Shown here: piece after piece, positions 52,401-64,000 of the stretch
Layout: the number at the start of each line of letters is the position of its first letter
How positions within the stretch are numbered: the first letter of the stretch is position 1
Assembly: GCA_040285855.1 (NCBI GenBank)
Contig: JAUFOQ010000001.1
Coordinates: 2,046,001-2,110,000, forward strand
Origin: Eukaryota sp. GEM-RC1
Lineage: Eukaryota
Direction: 5' to 3'
Length of the DNA: 64,000 bases
The notes under the pieces: model-generated
Told to the model about the DNA's origin: nothing
Seen by the model: the letters and a program-made list of their open reading frames with translations, nothing else
Database searches by the model: none
Program-made: the position numbers and the translations under genes

Positions 52401-54158
52401 AGTGGTTTCTGATGTGGATGAACAGGAGATGAGATCATTTGTGGACTTAGTTTTGCAGGATGTTGAAGAACAAGAAAGAATTGAAGAAATCGGATCTCTT
52501 GTATCTAAATCAGAGTCTAACAACGATCTTGTTTTAGATGGAATTGAGTAAGATCTACAATAGAGTAGAATGAGAGATCACCCGCTCTGTATGATATGCT
52601 TGAAGGTTATAGTTTTTGGTGCGTTTCTATGACAATAAACGCTTTGTAACACTGTATAAGTATGATGTTCTAATGGAATTTTCGGAGACGTCATCCCGAA
52701 TTCCAATTGGTTTTCAAATGCAAACAAGCGTTTTGGAAACTTTTTCATGTTTCGTGTACCCTAATAAAATGTTTCTTGAGTTCTTGGCAAATGATTCATA
52801 ATGTGATTCACCACAGCAATCAAATTGTTCAGTGGATCATGTACAAACATGGCTCCACCTCTCTAAAAGGCGTGTAGTCTGTAATTAAGAGACCTATCCA
52901 AAATTAAGTGAATGTAACCTACAATTGAACTTCACAAACAAACTGACAAATAGTGTAAGCGTAGACTAGATCCTGTAGTAATTGCATGTTGCAATCCGCC
53001 ATATCAGTCATCATTCCCTAACAGAATAATAGAACATCAACAAAATCAAGAAGCGATGCCCGGAATAGAAACAACTTCGGTGTCAATCACATCAAATCAT
53101 CTGTCGAAAGATTGGAATTAGTGCTGTCAAACCACGGGTCACGACGCTTCATGATCATTTACAGAATAAACCAGTGTTTAGTTCTATCTCTAGTTTACAT
53201 ATGATTCTATATTCTCACCCAACGCCCATTTGAGGCATAAGACAATTTTAGTGATTTGAAGAAAATGTTCTTGCTTTACAGAACATGAAAAGTGATCTTC
53301 AAGTATACACAAGACCACTTCCAATTGAATGTTTCAGAGGGTGTATTAGTAAGAATTAGCGTTATTTGATGTATTAGGAGGAAAATACATTGTATACGTT
53401 CTTCAAGGTTTCAAAGAAAGTTGGTTGGACAGATTCTCTGTGCAAGTATCGCGCTTAGTGGTACGATGTTTTGAAGACATAGATAAAGGCGGCCAATAAT
53501 ATTGTTGGAATTTTTCTAAATTTTCGCCATCTTTTCCGCCAGCACTATTCTTCATGAACAGATTGACAGCGTAGTTGGGTATGACATATACAATTATTGA
53601 AAGACATAACAATCTTTTCGGACGACATCTTTGTGTTGAATTATTATTATTATTTTAAAGTACACTTTATATCGGAAATTGTAATAGCACTAGTATTGCT
53701 AACATTAATCTCTGTGAAACAACTATGGTCTCAAATCATGAGTAAAATTAGTTGAGTCAGGAACCGGATATTCTTACACCTACAGCAACAGCATGTACAC
53801 ACAGAACTTTGTCTTTTTGCCACTTTGAACGTACACAACTCATTTTCATCTCATTGCTAACAGCGGTAGCTTCTCCTTTAGTCTCGAACTGCTGGTTCTG
53901 AGCAAGAACTATGGTAAATGCTGTTGCCTCATCTAATAAAGATCTTACATCATTTGCCACTTATTTTACAATACTCGGTAGTTTCATTGCCTCTTCCAGT
54001 CGTTCCCCATTTTTATCATAGTTTTACAGCGAATTGTCCGTTAATAAAATGATAGCATTGTCACCCTTTTCTTTCTTAATGGAGTCGTGAAACGACTCAT
54101 TTAATTACATCCATTGATGTTCCAAATTCTAATTGAAGACATTGCTACATTAATATCA
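49498..54158. repeat. ~4.6 kb inverted segmental duplication of ~32377-37035 (R1, DUF659, knuckle and MULE fragments)
   Basis: Paired near-identical ORFs, e.g. 35440+/50875-, 34462+/51632-, 33779-/52616+, 32575+/53757-. Confidence 0.93.
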
Positions 54159-54879
54159 TTATCATGTTAAGATCAACCAGCGAAATCGATCAAGTACCAA
54201 ACCGTCATCCCACTTCTAAACTTCGTTTCCAAGTTCTTTTTTAGATGTACTAAACAGAATCTATACGGTACATTTTGACCGATAACATTACTTGTGTTGA
54301 TTATTCATAGAATTATACTTTTATTTCACTTATCTCCATTCAATACACCCATGTTTTCACATAAATCATATACTATTTTATCCATTGACGGTAAAATCAA
54401 CACCTGCACAATATTCACATGCACATGTGTCAGGCTCATCTGTAGAGCGTCACGTCATCAAATAAGAGCAGAATCATTCGATTAATTTAATTATCTCCCT
54501 TATTTGATGTTTCTGAAGGATTTCATTCAACTCAATCTACTCCTGTACTAACTAGTGACAATACCTAAAATGCAAGATTTAGCTAAAGACATGATAGAAT
54601 TCTGATTTGAAAACATAATCATATTTAGATATGAATACAAATTTTGAAATATTTAATACACTTATCTTAATTAAAGAAATAAGTGCCATTCTTCAACTAA
54701 ATACTGCAAAACAACAGATAAATAATGAAATTTGCTTTCACAATAGTGGTTTGATGTTAGAGCTAGATGATAATTTAACAAATATTTACAAATAGTAGCA
54801 TAAACAAACAACTCGATGATTCTCAAGTATTCTCTTCATTTGAGGGTAGATGTCTAGGTTGAGGTAATCTCCACTTAAT

Positions 54880-55420
54880 ACTTTCCCTAACAAACTCCTT
54901 AATGTCAATTTCCTTAGTTTAATCATAAATAGTCTGGTTAGAGTGAAAACAACGTCAACTGGAAGACTATACATGAGTTCGAGACCAAGACAAACTTATT
55001 ACCAAGAGTAGACTTGACAAGGTTTGAAACCTCCTTCTTCTTGTTTCATGAAAGTTAGTACGGCGAAAGCAATGGAGAGCAGCGTGTTGTAGTCTTCAAC
55101 GATGATGGTGAGGTGACTGTTGAAGAGAGGTTTAGCATAGGCAAAGAGTTCAGAAGCGAGCATCATGACTGAGGTTGTTCCGTCACCAACTTCTTCATCT
55201 TGGGTTAGCGCTAGTTCGATCTTAGTTTTGGCAGCGGGAGGAACGACGTCGATTTCACGAAGGAAGTGGTGACTATCATTGATGATTTGAAGGCTGGGTG
55301 ATCAACAAGGAGCTTAAACTTAGAGAGAGAAGAGAACAGAAAGTCACCAACAGTGTCAGCTTCGCCGATGATACAGAGTTGAGCTCTGTCTCGGTGTGGA
55401 AGTGGAACTGCTAGTGTATG
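54880..55420 (-). pseudogene. CCT3: CCT-gamma 5' fragment, copy 4
   Basis: 'REIDVVPPAAKTKIELALTQDEEVGDGTTSVMMLASEL'. Confidence 0.85.
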
Positions 55421-56960
55421 TAAGATGAATAGAGGGAGAAAGGGAATGTCATTGAGGGGTTCAAGATGTTCCTGTGTGTTGAAATATCAACGTGTCTTCT
55501 ACAAGGAATAAGTTGTTGACAACACAGAAACCGTCTTTCTTCATGAACGATCTGACAAACCACTTCATGAGGTGACATTACGACGACTCGTATCTTCGCC
55601 TCTATTCATTCTACATTAATCTTCCCTTCATATCCTTACTCAAGTCACTCCCTCTAATTGACATTCAGCTAGGTATCTCTCCCATTGAACTGTTGAAGAT
55701 ATAGTAGCTTTATTCTATCATTGGTTGTGTAAAAGATCAAATTAGGGTAAGACTGTCCACGCTGTACACTCGCCTCAGTCAAGAGTTTGGTTTCAGATCG
55801 GTCGATAAGTAATGAGATTAATGTAAACCTTGTCGTTCGTGTTTAAACACTTCTAACTGCTAGTATTGACCAAAAAGTTATTCATGGAGATTGTTGCTGT
55901 TTCTTTTGGTTAGATGAAAATAGAGATATAAAGGACCCAATACAAGCATAGTAAGGGATATGCTTGAATAGTTTTTTAAGGTTGCTTGTATTGAGACCTC
56001 AACGATAGTTCAAATTTCATTGCAGTTTTGAGCTATTTCCCTTGAAATGTCAGGGAGGCATAAAACTCAAAACATGATTAATCTTTAAACTAAAACAAAT
56101 TGAAATCAAATTTTGGTATTATAGAAGTGTATTTATTCAAAAAAAAGCAGCGTTACGTCCTAATTAAATTTGTCGACTGCCATATGCGTATAGTTGTAAG
56201 ACTCATGACCTCTCCGGGGTGTGTGTTTATGAAACATATATCAACCCACCACGAATTGTGCTTCACTGTTTCAACATCTAAACACGATCTTTAGTGCTAA
56301 ATTCAAGTTTATTGAGTAGAGGAAAAACGGCTGAACCTGGTCCACTTGAGATGAGCTGCAAGAGTAATAGGAAGAGAGATTGTATTGAGAAGGGAGGAGA
56401 TCCTAGACATCATTGAAGAGAAGATGGGAAGGGGGAAAGCGCAGCCTTGAGATGAGGCTCAATCTCACTGGTAAGTCGCAAAACCTTGACTCAAATCACA
56501 GGCGTTCTGAAGAGGTTATTGAGATGGGAGTGGAGAGACCGGTCAGTTATCACGATAAGAAGAAACAGAAAGAGTACATGAGGTGGCAAGGACACTGGTG
56601 CAGAGGTAATATGTGATCAATAGAGGTAAAAGTTACAGTACACAACTGAGAAAGAAGGTACCTTTTGAAAGACAAAAAAGTTGTAACGGAGACAGGGAAG
56701 TAGAGGTATCAACGTAGCTGAAGGGACAGAAGCATCACTGCTCCTGAACATCAAACAGCCAGAACATTCTGGTGATGTGTTTCTTTCTCATGGTTGTCTT
56801 TAGAAGTTGTATATTTTGACAAAACACAACTAGGATGATTTACACATTGATGTTTGAGTAGTGTAGTGTTCTTCAAAGAGGTGTTGGCAAGTATGAGTAT
56901 TGATGATGATGATGATCAAGATTGTTGATCATGCTTGTGATTCAACAGAATCCTCTAATC

Positions 56961-57279
56961 ATGTTCAAAACACTCATTATAGCTCTTCTATTTGCTGCAG
57001 TGTTCGCAGAATGGCAGACATCTGTCTATCCACAGGAAAATACTGACGCTTCTAATGCCGAATGTGATAATTGCGTTCGTGCTCTCCGTGTTATTTATAG
57101 CGTTACCGAAACTAGCGGATGCGCTGTTGCTTGTTCTCCTACAGGAACATTTAGGTCTGGTTTGCTCAACTTCTACATCTCTAATCTTAGCGTGTAATAT
57201 GGGTTGCATGACACTTGTTCAAGATGTATGTCCTTCCGATTGCGCAAGAGCAGCGTGTACATGGTTCAAATTCTGTTAG
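56961..57279 (+). CDS. Secreted 10-Cys saposin-like small protein, paralogue B (95 aa; exons 56961-57159 and 57191-57279)
   Basis: Same structure as paralogue A; intron 57160-57190 GTTTGC..CTAATCTTAG; all 10 Cys conserved. Confidence 0.82.
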
Positions 57280-57607
57280 ATGGATTGTTAGTCTATTCAA
57301 ATATCGAATTATATTGTTTTGTAATAGTCATCAGTATCGTTTTCGTTTTTCATTATTATCAAGCATTTAAAAAAATTTAAATCATTTAATGTGTGATACA
57401 TCTGCTTGAACTCTGCGTCAGTTCTGTTGAATGTTCACGAGTCATGACACTGAAATGATTTCTACTCTTTATTCTTCGTGTGCATAAACATTCATGGTAA
57501 AATTAGTCCCATAATTAGTCTCACCAAATCTCAGTGAGACTATATTTGTACTGAGACTATATTTGCACAAATGCTGAAGTGTGAAAATTAGTATTATTAT
57601 TCAGAAC

Positions 57608-58240
57608 AAGGATACGCAAACACACGGTGTGGCCAATTCACTGTCCGTGTGACATACATGTGACACACGGATTGTGTTGTATTGTTTGTAATCAAATATT
57701 TTTCTTAAATAAAGTACATAACATTCTATTCAAAATTTCATAGACTAAACAACTAAAACCTGATGTCATGAAAACACCATTCGTCGCTATCAAATCTTGC
57801 AACAGCTTTGTCCTCATAAAAGGAACTCACAGCTAACAAAACTTTGGAGATGATTAGGGAAATTGTTTTACAAGTAGTAATAACGATACGATTCAACCGT
57901 AACATATGCTCAATACGTTTGTTTATCCTATTTGTGACTATTTTTCTGCAATCGTTTTAAAAATACAAATTCACTGCACTGTTTCATAAACGTCAGTAGA
58001 TTGAAAATGAAAGCCATATGAATCAAGACAGCAGATACATCATTAGCCACAGAAAGTAATCTGAACACATTTTGAAATGTTGTACAAAGTAAATTGCAAT
58101 CGGAGAGCAACTTTTGTCTTTTTAAGTTGAAAAGCATGGATAAAAACGCATGCAACAAAAAACCTTCTAACGCAAACACACGGTGTGGCAATATCGTAAT
58201 CCATGTGATACACGACCACAGCGGTGGCAGTGTGGCCCTA
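57608..58240. mobile_element. Possible degenerate hAT MITE
   Basis: Flanked by direct TTCAGAAC (57600-57607 and 58241-58248); repeated cgcaaacacacggtgtggc near both ends; TIR match is poor. Confidence 0.4.
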
Positions 58241-59089
58241 TTCAGAACTAATCAAATTCATCGTAATCCTCATCCTCATTCCCAATTCAATAACAACATG
58301 TTGTTGGACAATCTCTTCCTCAGTATGCTCGACAGAAAGATCTTTTTCATAAATCACAATGTGAAGCACCGATTTTCCATGTAAATCCTTTTGCTTCTTA
58401 TACAATGGAAGCAGATGTTATGATATCCTGTTTTAGAAGTGAGAGACATTGTTGTGCATCGGATCATGTTGTATAAAACACCACTTAAACCACCGCTTAA
58501 ATATAGGTTTTTTGAATCACGTTATCAACAAGGAATTCGACAGTGTTATGCGTATACCAATGAAATAATTTTTGATGGATGTACAAAAATGTACAAGATA
58601 TTTATGAATCGAAGACATCCTAACCCATGATGTTTAAACTTGGCAAGGTGTTATTAGTACTCACTCAGATGAAACTGTAATGAAGAAGTTGATGTTTATT
58701 TTCCAATGAAAACTCAAAGTAACATTTATGATAGTTGAGTAGTTCGACCACAAGATAGAGTTTATGGACTATTTAGGCTGCTCATTTATGTCTTCCAGAT
58801 GTAATACGTGGAGTAGGAGCACCATTGAAGAAGTAGATGTCTGTGTATGAGCTGTACTTTGAGATTGTCCTAATTACAGCAGGAAAAGTCATTTTAACGA
58901 AGCGCAGAAAGAAAGTTTCTATGTCACTGGTAAATTTGATATGGCTACGATATTTCCAATAATTATAAGATGTGGTCTAGACCTGTGCAATCGACTCAGA
59001 TAGTCAACTAAGTCGACTCCCCTACATCAGTCGAGTCGACTCTTTCTCAAGTCGAGTCGACTAAAGTCATTTATTACATTGCATCAAAT

Positions 59090-60035
59090 TACACTACATG
59101 TGGTTTATAGATATTAGCTTCCATTAAATAGTTCAACAAAGAGTACTGAAAACAACACCAATTGACTTTCGTCTTTGTGGTTAATTAATTGAGTGTAGTA
59201 TGTTAACAACGTTACTACATGTAGTACTGAAGTGATTTTTGTTACACCAATGTCTTGTTTCTCCTCTATGAATGTGTTACCTCCAACAAAGACCTGTAGA
59301 ATTCCAACTGCACCAAAGTAAAGGCCGCTATCCAATTCTCAGTGATTTGGCTGAAGAAATTTTGGCAATTCAGGCGACCACATCATGTGTCGTTGGTAAT
59401 TCTATGAAAGGTATAATATAAGTTAATAAGATCAACATAATTTGGAAATTTGCCAAAATTGCAGGTAACAATTTAAATGTAACCGTTTCTAGTTCAGCAA
59501 ACTTGAAGATATCTACCACTATCATATATAGAACATATTATATTTTGAATTCGATGTTAAAATCTCTCCTGAAACTCTGAATCGCTCTCAATTTAACAAG
59601 ATGATGTTTTTTGTGAGCAAAGACAAGCCGTTCCAATAGCATTAGAAGACCTAAAAGCTGCAAACGAAAACATTATTGGTCCGAATGAAGTATGTAGAAT
59701 GTGGAAGTCTCTGTACGAGTCAAAAAAGTATCTCTACGTTCCATTCCATGTAAGGAAGCATACTACATAGCGAAATTATTTGTCATTCAAGCGTGTCAAT
59801 CCGTGAAGGATGTTTCAAATGACCAAATGCTTGCTGACAACGTTGCAACTTTTGTTGTTCAGCACCTCACTACTGATAACTTGAAACGATATGAGAGAGG
59901 GAGAGCTGAAAGAAAGATCCTTCTGAAGGACATCGAAGGATGCATCTTGGCTGGTAATCATCACCGATCAAGTCAGGCAAACTTAACAGAAACCGCTCAA
60001 GCTAACTTCTCCAACAACATGAATGTTGAAGATAG
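59090..60035. repeat. Inverted duplicate of ~37995-38765
   Basis: ORFs 38121- and 59701+ are near-identical. Confidence 0.88.
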
Positions 60036-60264
60036 TCATGTTTAGGTAGTTAAATCAATTTTGATAGTACTCCTTGAGACTTCGTTCAAACCATCCCCCA
60101 AATTAAGAGCTCCTGGTCACTCTGCGAAACACTGTGTTTCCAAAGACAACAGTTCATATGGGAAATGATTAAAGTGTCATATCGGTCGAATTCTACCAAG
60201 ATGTACATAGGGTGTTGAGGCTGGGGTGTTGTTTTTCTAAAACAAAACAGTTCTCGGTGGTCCA

Positions 60265-61035
60265 AACAACTTCTTAAGTGTGATGGTTGGAGAGGTACAC
60301 GGCAAGATAAAGCTTATAGAGCCTGGATTGATAACCACTGCGAGTGAAAAACATCCAGTGTTCAAGCTCAACAAGCTCACCATGACGTATCTGAATAAAT
60401 CTTGTTTTCTGAGGAGTGGGTAGTCGAAATGGTTGCCCAAGCCTTTCATCACTAGAATCTATAAATCAAAGTAGCAATGAACAAGAATCTAATCTTGTTG
60501 GTTTTGTTCAAATTCGAAATGACACACACTTTGAGAAAAGTCGGGTTAAATCAACCGTTGGTTTAATCTTCTGCAATAATCCTTCTTGCTGTAAATCTTC
60601 AGAGCCTTAAGCAAAGACAACAGGAAAGAAAACTCTAACTACCGTTTGCGAGGAAAACACCTAGATTTGCTCACAAAAAACAAACAAGAACGAGCAGTAC
60701 TGTCTATAAACCCACTTAATCGACTCCCATCCAATTTAAACCAACCTACTTGTCACCTCCTACCTGAAAAACAGAAACAGCTTCTATACTCCGTAATATT
60801 ATTAATCAAGACCTCGCATACAGTTTTACCACCCCAACTAAAGGCAGTGATGCACTACTCAAGATGCTAAAAGTACTTGACAGTCGTGTGAAGGTTCTGT
60901 CGGCCCGGCTCACTGTTCAAAAGCATGTGATTAAGGCTTGCTGTGAGCCTAGAATCTAAGAACTCTTGAGCTTCCGAAATCCCTTCTATGTCATTAGAAA
61001 CACCTCTTCTGCTCCCAAATATGACTACCAATAGC
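60265..61035. repeat. Inverted duplicate of ~31495-32375
   Basis: Shared sequence, e.g. cacagcaagccttaatcacatgcttttgaacag. Confidence 0.88.
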
Positions 61036-61604
61036 CAATGTAATGCCAATGCAATATTTCCCATCCCTGATTGTATTGGATATCACAAAAAGAAATATAT
61101 TTCAAATTATGAGGAAACGCTCTCTGTAAATGACAAAAGACATCATCTTCAGTCCCTTAACTCTGACACTTCCTCAGTGATGGACTTTCCTGTACTGCAT
61201 TATGGCTTGAGTGTGTTGTAGCTAAGTTGTTACCTTTCTCATTTGTTTTCTCGACTCTTTTACTCGTATTCATACAAAGCACACTTCAACTTTTTTAAAC
61301 TGAAGACGATACAAAAAAGCAAAAATTAAAATTATAAAACCATGATAGATTTTTGATTTAAACACCTAATCATATTTAGATTTAAAAAAAGAATACTCAA
61401 TACACTTACCTTAATTAACGCAACAATTGTTCTAACTACAGACTAGAGAAAGCTAAATCAATAATGAAATTTGCTTTCACTATCGTGATTTGATGTCAGA
61501 ACTGAACGATAATTTAACAAATATTCAAGTAACAGCAGCAAACCACACGATGATTCTCAATTAGTCCCTTCATTTGGGGGGTGTTTAGGTTGAGATAAAC
61601 TTCT

Positions 61605-62105
61605 CTTAATACTTAATCTAATAAACTTCTTGATGTTGAATTCATCATAAAAAGTGCGAGTTAGGGTGAAACAGCATCAGCAAAACGGTAAAAGAGAACA
61701 ATCTAGCGAGAGACGAACTTATTACCAAGAGTAGACTCAGCAAGGTTTGAAACCTCATTCGTGTTGTTGTTTCATGTAAGTAAGTATAGCGAGAGTAATG
61801 AAGAGAAGCATGTCGTAATCTTCAACGATGATGGCGAGGTGACTGTTGAAGAGAGGTTTAGCGTAGGCAAGGAGTTCAGAAGCGAGGATCATGACTGAGG
61901 TTGTTCCGTCACCAACTTCTTCATGTTGGGTTAGCGCTAGTTCGATTTTAGTTTTGAAGCGGGAGAAACGACGTCGATTTCAAGAAGAATGAAGTAACTA
62001 AGAGTTTAGAGACTAGACTTAGAGAATAGATGGGGGTGAAGGATTTGACAAGAGATTTAGTTTCGCCGACGATAGATATGTGTTCGAAAGTGGAAAACTG
62101 TCAGT
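61605..62105 (-). pseudogene. CCT3: CCT-gamma 5' fragment, copy 5 (inverted duplicate of copy 3)
   Basis: 'TQHEEVGDGTTSVMILASELL'. Confidence 0.8.
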
Positions 62106-63324
62106 GTGTGGAAGATGGATGGGGTGTGTAACGCAATGTCTTCAATAGTAACTGATACCGGTCCAGTTGAACTCAGGAATAGTAGTGCAGGATGACATTG
62201 TGAGGAGTACTGTCTGCAGACATGGTGGAATACTAGTAGGTATTGATAAGTTTTTCAAAGACAGATTGTTGTGTTTCAGACCAATTCTCTATGGACCAAC
62301 ACAATATAACGTGAATAGAAACATACTGATTGTTCCAGATTTTCGCCATGGATTGTGCGGTTTGCATACAATATTTTCGATCCTTGAAAACTCTCTAAAG
62401 CATTGTTTCTTCATAAGAAAACGGGGTTTCTGATCAAGCAGAGAAATAAAGGCTTTTGGAAAATATAATAACTAACAGACACTAACTAAAGTATCTTAAC
62501 TGTGATCCTTCTAACCTTCACCAAACAACTTACATAATATCATTCTTCATAGAAGTGACTAGTAATTGTAAATGAGATGAAAAAAGTCCACTAAAATTTA
62601 TATCATATAAAGAACGCCAATCAAAAATTTGGTTAGCTAGTGTGGACCAGATAATACTCCTCATATATATTCATATTCAATAAGAACTGACAATTAGTAC
62701 AGCTCAAAGTAGTGAGACGCATTGTTTCAAAAACAGTAAGAATTCAACCATTCAATTACTCAAACTGACCAATGTGTTTGTTTATATTCATTCCCACATT
62801 TTTTGAGCAATCATTTAAAAAGCGCAATACACTTTTTTTGAAACGACCGTAATTTGATACAAACAAAGGACAGAATGCGTAAAGTGCATGTCTTACGTCT
62901 TGATGCCGTTAATGATTTTTTGAACTTATCCTGATTGGCTACAGTAGTTGTTAAATTTTTGAAAGGAAAGTATCAGATCCAGTGATCTTTCAGGTTATTT
63001 TATTTGCAAACATCCACAGACGCCACATCAACGACATACAATATGTCTGAACAATAAGAAACAACAATATCTGCTCTCTGTTTACAATAAAATTGTGTTA
63101 TTCAAACACTTACAGTGTATTGCAATTGTATGATTATCCAATATACTAAGTGTAATGTATATTTCTTATGACAACATATGTGTCGGTCCGTGTCTCAAAG
63201 AACTTTACGACCTAGAATCTACCACCAGTGAGTCATTTGACACATTATAAAGCGGAGCAAATTGAATACAGAAACGTAAAGTGAGAATGTGGTGAGAAGC
63301 CGTCAAGACTCAATAGCAAAAGTG

Positions 63325-63927
63325 TCACATTTCTTTGGAAGCAATTAATCCAATGTGATAAGGTTCAATAACAAAGGGGAGTTTGTGTATCGCAAAAGGT
63401 AAGGTTTTAAACTGGTCGAGAATATCTTCAGGTGTTGGACGAATGTCAAGATCAGGACCCCTCGGAGTAGAAATATCGCTGCGCCAGTGAATGACTCCTA
63501 CTTTCCCACCAGGCTAGAGTTAAAAGATCTTGATTGAACTAACCTTGAGTACTCTGAAGGCTTCCTGCAGTAGAACTTCAGGATTTTCGAGATGAAGAAT
63601 GTTGAACAGCATGATGTAATCAATCTGTGCTTCCTCCAGTCCTGTTCCTTGTTCAAGAACGTCTCTGATTTCAAGATGTACATTGTTTATCCCATTTGCA
63701 CGAATTTCTTTACCAGCTACAACAGCCATTTCTTGTTCTATATCAAAAGCATATATTGTGCCGCTTATCCGCTGCGCCGCTGGAATAGTAAAGGTTCCGT
63801 AACCAAATCCAATCTCTATAAGGTCATGAACGTCAGAGTCGATCTCCATTTTTGACAGTATCCCAGAAACATCAAAGAAGGAGGCCCAGACTTCTTGTTC
63901 AGGCATTCCGCTTTCTCTGACTTTCAT
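63325..63927 (-). CDS. Class I SAM-dependent methyltransferase, bacterial-type, 190 aa (exons 63927-63544 and 63513-63325)
   Basis: EIGFGYG, AFDIE, IDYIMLFNILH; removing the 30-nt GTTAGT..TTAACTCTAG intron restores 'RVLK|PGGKVGVIHWRSDISTPRGPDLDIRP'. Confidence 0.88.
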
Positions 63928-64000
63928 TATGCGACTGTTGTGACAGGTGGTGTAGACTTAGAAACTGTAGAATTGACTATGATGACTCTGATGTAGAATC

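Noticed and set aside
59701..60045. Histone-fold-like 'RKILLKDIE' peptide
   Set aside because: Similarity too weak, non-ATG start, and the mirror copy is frameshifted

Overview
AT-rich eukaryotic DNA, probably from a protist: it has tiny GT-AG introns and no operons. The window is mostly decayed transposons and recent segmental duplications. It holds two truncated copies of one chromodomain-bearing Ty3/gypsy LTR retrotransposon: a 3' part at 6.5-8.3 kb (+) and the 5' LTR through integrase at 40.6-45.9 kb (-). There are also remnants of hAT/DUF659, MULE, Tc1/IS630 and pogo transposases, several MITEs with visible TIRs/TSDs, and five decayed copies of the 5' third of a CCT3 chaperonin gene. The genes that look real are a bacterial-type class I SAM methyltransferase with a 30-nt intron (intact at 63.3-63.9 kb, splice-acceptor mutant at 25.7-26.3 kb), two inverted paralogues of a 95-aa secreted 10-cysteine saposin-like protein with a 31-nt intron, and a 501-aa multi-pass membrane protein. 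The ORF track misses the spliced forms. The 49.5-62.3 kb region is largely a shuffled inverted mirror of 29.4-47.7 kb. All family assignments are by eye from motifs; no database searches were run, and boundaries of decayed elements are approximate.
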